Shown here: positions 59,068-64,000 of the stretch, in pieces
Layout of the letters: each line of letters begins with the position of its first letter
Numbering within the stretch: the stretch's first letter is position 1
Assembly: GCA_963743225.1 (NCBI GenBank)
Contig: CAVUPN010000010.1
Coordinates: 16,084-80,083, forward strand
Source: an uncultured Actinomycetota bacterium
GTDB lineage: Bacteria; Actinomycetota; Actinomycetes; Mycobacteriales; Mycobacteriaceae
DNA: 64,000 nucleotides
Direction of reading: 5' to 3'
Translations under genes and position numbers: made by a program
The notes under the pieces: model-generated
Told to the model about the DNA's origin: nothing
Seen by the model: only the letters and a program-made list of their open reading frames with translations
Databases searched by the model: none

Positions 59068-59846
59068 ACCCCAAGGACCTCGCGGTTCGCATCATTCCGT
59101 GCCTGGACGTCGACGACGGCCGGGTGGTCAAGGGCGTCAACTTCGAAAACCTGCGTGATGCAGGTGATCCCGTCGAACTCGCGGCCGTATACGACCGCGA
59201 GGGCGCCGACGAGCTGACCTTCCTGGACGTGACCGCATCCTCGTCGGGCCGCGCCACCATGCTGGAGGTCGTCAAGCGCACCGCAGAACAGGTGTTCATC
59301 CCGCTGACCGTCGGGGGCGGGGTGCGGTCGGTGGCCGATGTCGACGTGTTGTTGCGGGCGGGCGCCGACAAGGTCGCCGTCAACACGGCGGCCATCGCGC
59401 GTCCGGAGCTGCTCGCCGAACTGTCCCGCCAGTTCGGTTCGCAATGCATCGTGTTGTCGGTCGACGCCCGAACCGTGCCGCAGGGTTCGCAGCCGACGCC
59501 GTCGGGATGGGAGGTCACCACCCACGGCGGACGGCGCGGCACGGGCATGGACGCCATCGAATGGGCGGCCCGCGGTGCCGAGCTCGGGGTAGGCGAAATC
59601 CTGCTCAATTCGATGGACTTCGACGGCACCAAGGCCGGATTCGACCTCAAGATGTTGCGGGCGGTCCGCGGAGCCGTCACTGTCCCGGTCATCGCCAGCG
59701 GCGGCGCAGGGGCCAAGGAACATTTCGCGCCCGCGGTTGTTGCAGGTGCCGACGCCGTGCTGGCCGCCAGCGTGTTCCACTTCCGCGAGCTGACCATCGC
59801 CGAGGTGAAGGCGGCGATGGCGGCAGAAGGGATCGTTGTGCGATGA
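59064..59846 (+). CDS. hisF: Imidazole glycerol phosphate synthase, cyclase subunit
   Basis: 260 aa. ATGA overlap with the impA stop. [16 protein letters not shown] start and [11 protein letters not shown] block. Confidence 0.93.
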   Translation: MNPKDLAVRIIPCLDVDDGRVVKGVNFENLRDAGDPVELAAVYDREGADELTFLDVTASSSGRATMLEVVKRTAEQVFIPLTVGGGVRSVADVDVLLRAGADKVAVNTAAIARPELLAELSRQFGSQCIVLSVDARTVPQGSQPTPSGWEVTTHGGRRGTGMDAIEWAARGAELGVGEILLNSMDFDGTKAGFDLKMLRAVRGAVTVPVIASGGAGAKEHFAPAVVAGADAVLAASVFHFRELTIAEVKAAMAAEGIVVR

Positions 59847-60195
59847 CACTCGACAGCTGGACGCGATTGCGTCGCGGCTCAAGCGCGACGCCAACGGGCT
59901 GTTTACCGCGGTCGCGCAGGAGCGCGGCACCGGCAAGGTGCTTATGGTGGCGTGGATGGACGACCTCGCCCTGGCGCGCACGCTGGAAACCCGCAACGCG
60001 ACCTATTACTCACGCTCCCGTGGCGAGCACTGGGTCAAGGGGGAAACATCCGGCCACACGCAGCACGTGCACTCGGTGCGGTTGGATTGCGACGGCGACA
60101 CCGTTCTGCTGGAAGTCGACCAGGTCGGCGGCGCCTGCCACACCGGCGACCACACCTGCTTCGATGCCGACCTGCTGCTCGGACCGGAGGACTAA
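59836..60195 (+). CDS. hisI: Phosphoribosyl-AMP cyclohydrolase
   Basis: 119 aa from the TTG at 59836. [42 protein letters not shown] and the CDGD...CHTGDHTCF zinc site are present. See the finding about the out-of-frame ATG at 59843. Confidence 0.85.
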   Translation: MCDDTRQLDAIASRLKRDANGLFTAVAQERGTGKVLMVAWMDDLALARTLETRNATYYSRSRGEHWVKGETSGHTQHVHSVRLDCDGDTVLLEVDQVGGACHTGDHTCFDADLLLGPED

Positions 60196-61200
60196 TTGGG
60201 CACGAGGAAAGCCCCCGCGCTCGCCGCGGTGGGGGTGGCCGCGTTGGCGGTCCGTCGTTACGCCGCATTACGGAAAGCGATGGCGACCGTGGCTCCGGAG
60301 TTGCGCACCCCGGTGCTCGGCGTCTCGTCCATCCCGTTCAACAAGCTGACGCTGCCCATCGTTCGGATGGCGATGGGGTTCCGCTCCAGTCCCGGACCCG
60401 GGGTCTCGGTCACCAAACACCATGTCGGCGACTCGGCCGTCGATGTACTGGTGCTGACACCGAGCGAGCGTCGCGCACCTCGACCGGCTCTGCTGTATCT
60501 CCATGGCGGCGGAATGATGGCGGGCACAGCGCAGTTCGAAGTGGCACACGTCGCACCCCTCGTAAGAGACATCGGTGCAGTGGCGGTGTCGCCGGATTAC
60601 CGGCTGGCCCCCGAAAACCCCTTCCCCGCAGGACTAGACGATTGCATGGCCACGCTGAAATGGATGGTCAAACACGCTGACGAGCTCGGCATCGATCCCG
60701 ACCGGATCGCCGTGTGCGGAGCGAGTGCGGGCGGCGGCCTGGCCGCGGCTGTCGCGCAGCGTGCCTTTGACGAGGGCATCCCCCTGCGGGCCCAGGCGCT
60801 CGTCTATCCGATGATCGACGATCGAACCGCGCTGCGAGATGACCTCGCCGGTCGCGGTGAGCTGACGTGGTCACCGAAGTCCAACCGGTTCGGCTGGACC
60901 GCATACCTGGGACGCGAACCGCGCACGTCGGACGCACCGGAATATGCGGCGCCCGCCCGGCGCACCGATCTGGCCGGGCTGCCGCCGGCATGGATCGGAG
61001 TCGGTGACTTGGACGTGTTCTATGACGAGGACGTCGCCTACGCCGAGAAGCTGAAGGCGGCGGGTGTGCCGTGTGAACTCGTCACCGTGCCCGGGATGTA
61101 TCACGGCGCCGATGGCATCGTGCAGAAGGCTTCGTCAATGCGGGACTTTCGCGCCAGCATGGTCAAACATTTGCGTACCTATCTGGACGCGGAGGCGTAG
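60196..61200 (+). CDS. Alpha/beta hydrolase, HSL-type esterase/lipase
   Basis: 334 aa. Oxyanion HGGG (LYLHGGGMMAG) and nucleophile GASAGGG. The start is uncertain (TTG 60196 or ATG 60280). Confidence 0.75.
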   Translation: MGTRKAPALAAVGVAALAVRRYAALRKAMATVAPELRTPVLGVSSIPFNKLTLPIVRMAMGFRSSPGPGVSVTKHHVGDSAVDVLVLTPSERRAPRPALLYLHGGGMMAGTAQFEVAHVAPLVRDIGAVAVSPDYRLAPENPFPAGLDDCMATLKWMVKHADELGIDPDRIAVCGASAGGGLAAAVAQRAFDEGIPLRAQALVYPMIDDRTALRDDLAGRGELTWSPKSNRFGWTAYLGREPRTSDAPEYAAPARRTDLAGLPPAWIGVGDLDVFYDEDVAYAEKLKAAGVPCELVTVPGMYHGADGIVQKASSMRDFRASMVKHLRTYLDAEA

Positions 61201-62151
61201 AAGGTTTCCAGTTCCCGCGCGACGTCGGGGCCGCTTGGCGTGTAGATGAATTCCTGCACACCCTGTTCCGCCAGTTGAGTGACTCGAGCCCCGATCTCTT
61301 CGGCGCTTCCGATCACTGCCATCCCATCCGGGGCCTCGTCGAGCAGTTGGTGGTCGCGTTCGGTCAGATGGGTGACGTGGCCCTGATGGGTGAACAAATG
61401 CCGTTCACCCTCCGGGGCGAGATCTTCGAGCGCATCCCGCCAGGCGCGTCCGCCGGGCATCGCGTCGACGGCGCTCGGGGCCGACGACGGAATACGCCTC
61501 GTGATAGCTGACCACCTGCCACGGCCCGACGGCCTCGCGAACCCGTTGACTGCCACGATCTTCGCCGGGCTCGAGCACAGTGGCAGGCATCAGCATGGCG
61601 ACGGGCAGCGCGTGTTCCATGGGCAGGCCGATAATGCCGTCGGCGATCTCCGCGGCGAGTTCGATACCGCGTGGCCCGAAGACGCTCAACCAGATCTCGA
61701 CGTCGACCGGACGCGGTGCGGCCAGGTCTTCGGCGTGCAGCATCCGTACCGGCCGGCCGTCGATCATCGTCGTCTCGCCCGCGAGCAACGCCCGCACGGC
61801 AGTCACATAGCTCTTCAGATACCGCAGCGTCAGCGGCCGCTGACCCATGGTGCGACGCGCGGTTGCGCCGGTGCCGAAGCAGGCCCGGAATCGGCCATCG
61901 GAGAGTCGGGCGATTGTGGCGATCGCCGACGCCGTGGTCATCGCCGACCGCTCGTGCGGGATCAGAACGGCGGTGCCAAGGCCGATGCGCGACGTTCGTT
62001 CGGCGGCGAGCGCCAGATGGACGAACGGGTCTTCCCACAACGGTGCAGAGTCGAAGATCCAAACCCGCGAATAGCCCAGGGTTTCGGCAGCGACAGCGAG
62101 GTCGCTGAAGTCGGGGCCCGGCGGCAACCCGCACGAAAGCTCGATCGTCAT
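61179..62151 (-). pseudogene. LLM-class (luciferase-like, probably F420-dependent) oxidoreductase with one frameshift
   Basis: The N-terminal 220 aa are in ORF 61405..62151 (MTIELSCGLPPGPDFSDLAVAAETLGYSRVWIFDS...). The C-terminus PSAVDAMPGGRAWRDALEDLAPEGERHLFTHQGHVTHLTERD... is in ORF 61179..61556. The shift is near 61475-61495. Confidence 0.75.
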
Positions 62152-62264
62152 TTCTGCACACTAGGGCCCGACCGCCTGTACGCAGCGCCGAATTCTGCGT
62201 CAGGGCTGCGATTGCACTGGCGCAACGACCCTGGTGCAGAATTCGACGCCTGCCGTCGCGTCGG

Positions 62265-62730
62265 CTAAGCGCTCTGCCGTCGCCGCAGCACCTCCAGCGC
62301 CTTGTCGGCGTGCGTATCCATGCTGAACTCACTCGAGATCACGTCGAGAACGGTCCCGTCGCTGTCAATGACGAACGTCGTCCGCTTGACCGGCATCAGC
62401 TTGCCCAGGAGCCCGCGCTTGACGCCGAACGCAGTGGCGACCTTGCCGTCGGCGTCGGACAGCAGCGGATAGTCGAAGCGCTGGGTGTCGGAGAACTTGG
62501 CCTGCTTGGTCGACGGGATCGGTGCTGATACCGACGCGCGATGCGCCGAGAGCGGCGAAATCGTCGGCGAGGTCGCGGAAGTGACAGGCCTCCTTGGTGC
62601 ACCCGGGCGTCATCGCCGCGGGGAAGAAGAACAACACGGTCGGGCCGTCGGCGAGCAACGATGTGAGGCTTCGCACAGCACCCGTTTGGTCTGGCAATTC
62701 GAACTCGGCTACCCGGTCACCACGTTTCAT
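62265..62730 (-). pseudogene. bcp: Peroxiredoxin Bcp (BcpB-like) with one frameshift
   Basis: MKRGDRVAEFELPDQTG...FFFPAAMTPGCTKEACHFRD...GISTDPVD is in ORF 62365..62817. KQAKFSDTQRFDYPLLSDADGKVATAFGVKRG...ALEVLRRRQSA* is in another frame and ends at 62265. The 466-nt span is not a multiple of 3. There appears to be an extra C near 62509. Confidence 0.8.
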
Positions 62731-62792
62731 GGGTGTCACTGTATGCCTGACTGACTGCCGGTCCCGCGGTAGGAGTCTGGGAGGATTACTAC

Positions 62793-64000
62793 GTGCAAAC
62801 GACCGCCAACCTCGCACTCACCACGCCGCGCGAGGACTTCCGGGCGCTGGCCGCCGGGCATCGGGTGGTTCCGGTGACTCGTAAGGTGCTGGCCGACAGC
62901 GAGACGCCGCTGTCGGCATATCGCAAGCTGGCTGCCAACCGTCCGGGCACGTTCTTGCTGGAATCGGCGGAGAACGGGCGGTCCTGGTCGCGGTGGTCGT
63001 TCATCGGGGCGGGCGCGCCGTCGGCGTTCACGGTCCGCAACGGTGAGGCGGCATGGCTGGGGGTAAGCCCGCAGGACGCGCCGAGCGGCGGCGATCCGCT
63101 GCGGGCGCTGCACGAGACGCTTGAGCTGCTGCAGACCGAACCGGTGGCCGGGCTGCCGCCGCTTTCCGGCGGACTTGTGGGCTTTTTCGCCTACGACCTG
63201 GTGCGCAGGCTGGAGCGACTGCCCGAACTGGCCGTCGACGACCTCGAGTTGCCGGACATCTTGCTGCTGCTGGCCACCGACATCGCCGCGGTCGACCACC
63301 ACGAGGGCACCATCACGTTGATCGCCAACGCGGTGAACTGGAACGGCACCGACGAACGCGTCGACTGGGCCTACGACGACGCGGTCGCGCGGCTGGACGT
63401 CATGACCGAGGCGCTCGGCAAGAACCTGTCGTCGGCGGTGGCGACGTTCAGCAAGCCCGACCCGCTGCACCGCGCGCAGCGCACGGTCGACGAATACGGC
63501 GCGATCGTGGAGCGGCTGGTCGGCGAGATCGAAGCGGGCGAGGCGTTCCAGGTGGTTCCGTCGCAACGCTTCGAGATGGACACCGACGCCAACCCCCTCG
63601 ACGTGTACCGGATGCTGCGCGTCTCGAACCCCAGCCCGTACATGTATCTGCTGAATGTGCCCGACGAGGCTGGCGGACTGGACTTTTCGATCGTCGGGTC
63701 GAGTCCTGAAGCGCTGGTAACCGTCAAGGACGGTCGTGCGACGACGCACCCCATCGCGGGAACGCGGTGGCGCGGCGCCAACGAAGAAGAGGACGTGCTG
63801 CTCGAGAAGGAGCTGCAGGAGGACGAGAAGGAGCGCGCCGAGCACCTGATGCTGGTCGACCTCGGCCGCAACGACCTGGGCCGGGTTTGCGTGCCCGGGA
63901 CGGTGCGGGTGGAGGACTACAGCCATATCGAGCGCTACAGCCACGTCATGCACCTGGTGTCGACGGTGACCGGGCGGTTGGCCGACGGCAAGACCGCGTT
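62793..64000 (+). CDS. trpE: Anthranilate synthase component I, 3' end beyond window
   Basis: GTG at 62793 behind the [57 protein letters not shown] translated 63120-63950 by hand and it stays in frame (…[15 protein letters not shown]…[12 protein letters not shown]). Confidence 0.93.
   Translation, partial: MQTTANLALTTPREDFRALAAGHRVVPVTRKVLADSETPLSAYRKLAANRPGTFLLESAENGRSWSRWSFIGAGAPSAFTVRNGEAAWLGVSPQDAPSGGDPLRALHETLELLQTEPVAGLPPLSGGLVGFFAYDLVRRLERLPELAVDDLELPDILLLLATDIAAVDHHEGTITLIANAVNWNGTDERVDWAYDDAVARLDVMTEALGKNLSSAVATFSKPDPLHRAQRTVDEYGAIVERLVGEIEAGEAFQVVPSQRFEMDTDANPLDVYRMLRVSNPSPYMYLLNVPDEAGGLDFSIVGSSPEALVTVKDGRATTHPIAGTRWRGANEEEDVLLEKELQEDEKERAEHLMLVDLGRNDLGRVCVPGTVRVEDYSHIERYSHVMHLVSTVTGRLADGKTA

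Overview
High-GC (roughly 68%) actinobacterial chromosome. Gene content and order match the Mycobacterium core segment that runs ileS-dinB-ansA-lspA ... dnaE1 ... ilvA-vapBC-treZYX ... bioAFD ... bioB ... nadABC ... hisDCBHA-impA-hisFI ... bcp-trpE (M. tuberculosis Rv1536-Rv1609 neighbourhood, from memory). I found no rRNA, tRNA or CRISPR array. About 60 genes can be placed. The main result is that 15-16 of them can only be reconstructed by hopping between reading frames. These are the ECF-type sigma factor, treZ, treY, two adenylate-cyclase/STAND/TPR regulators, a PE-PPE hydrolase, a 2H phosphoesterase, a LIP-family lipase, nrtR, nadA, nadB, nadC, impA, an LLM oxidoreductase and bcp. Every housekeeping gene is intact (ileS, dnaE1, ilvA, glgX, bioA/F/D/B, hisD/C/B/H/A/F, trpE). 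This fits gene-selective reductive decay, including loss of the whole de novo NAD pathway with its repressor and loss of the TreY-TreZ trehalose route. Indel-prone sequencing in local patches cannot be excluded from the sequence alone. Other findings: a 5.5-kb block sits between bioA and bioF, bounded by a duplicated bioA 3' end and carrying a serine-recombinase relic, which suggests a decayed integrated element. Twin TGAAC-N3-GTTCA operators lie in front of bioF and between a divergent TetR (BioQ-like) gene and bioB. A perfect palindrome fills the nrtR-nadA intergenic region. A roughly 2-kb accessory scar between vapBC and treZ holds an IS110-family transposase relic. I did not recognise a defence island or a clearly novel multi-gene system. 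The candidates for novelty are the decayed integrative block and a few orphan membrane or secreted proteins.
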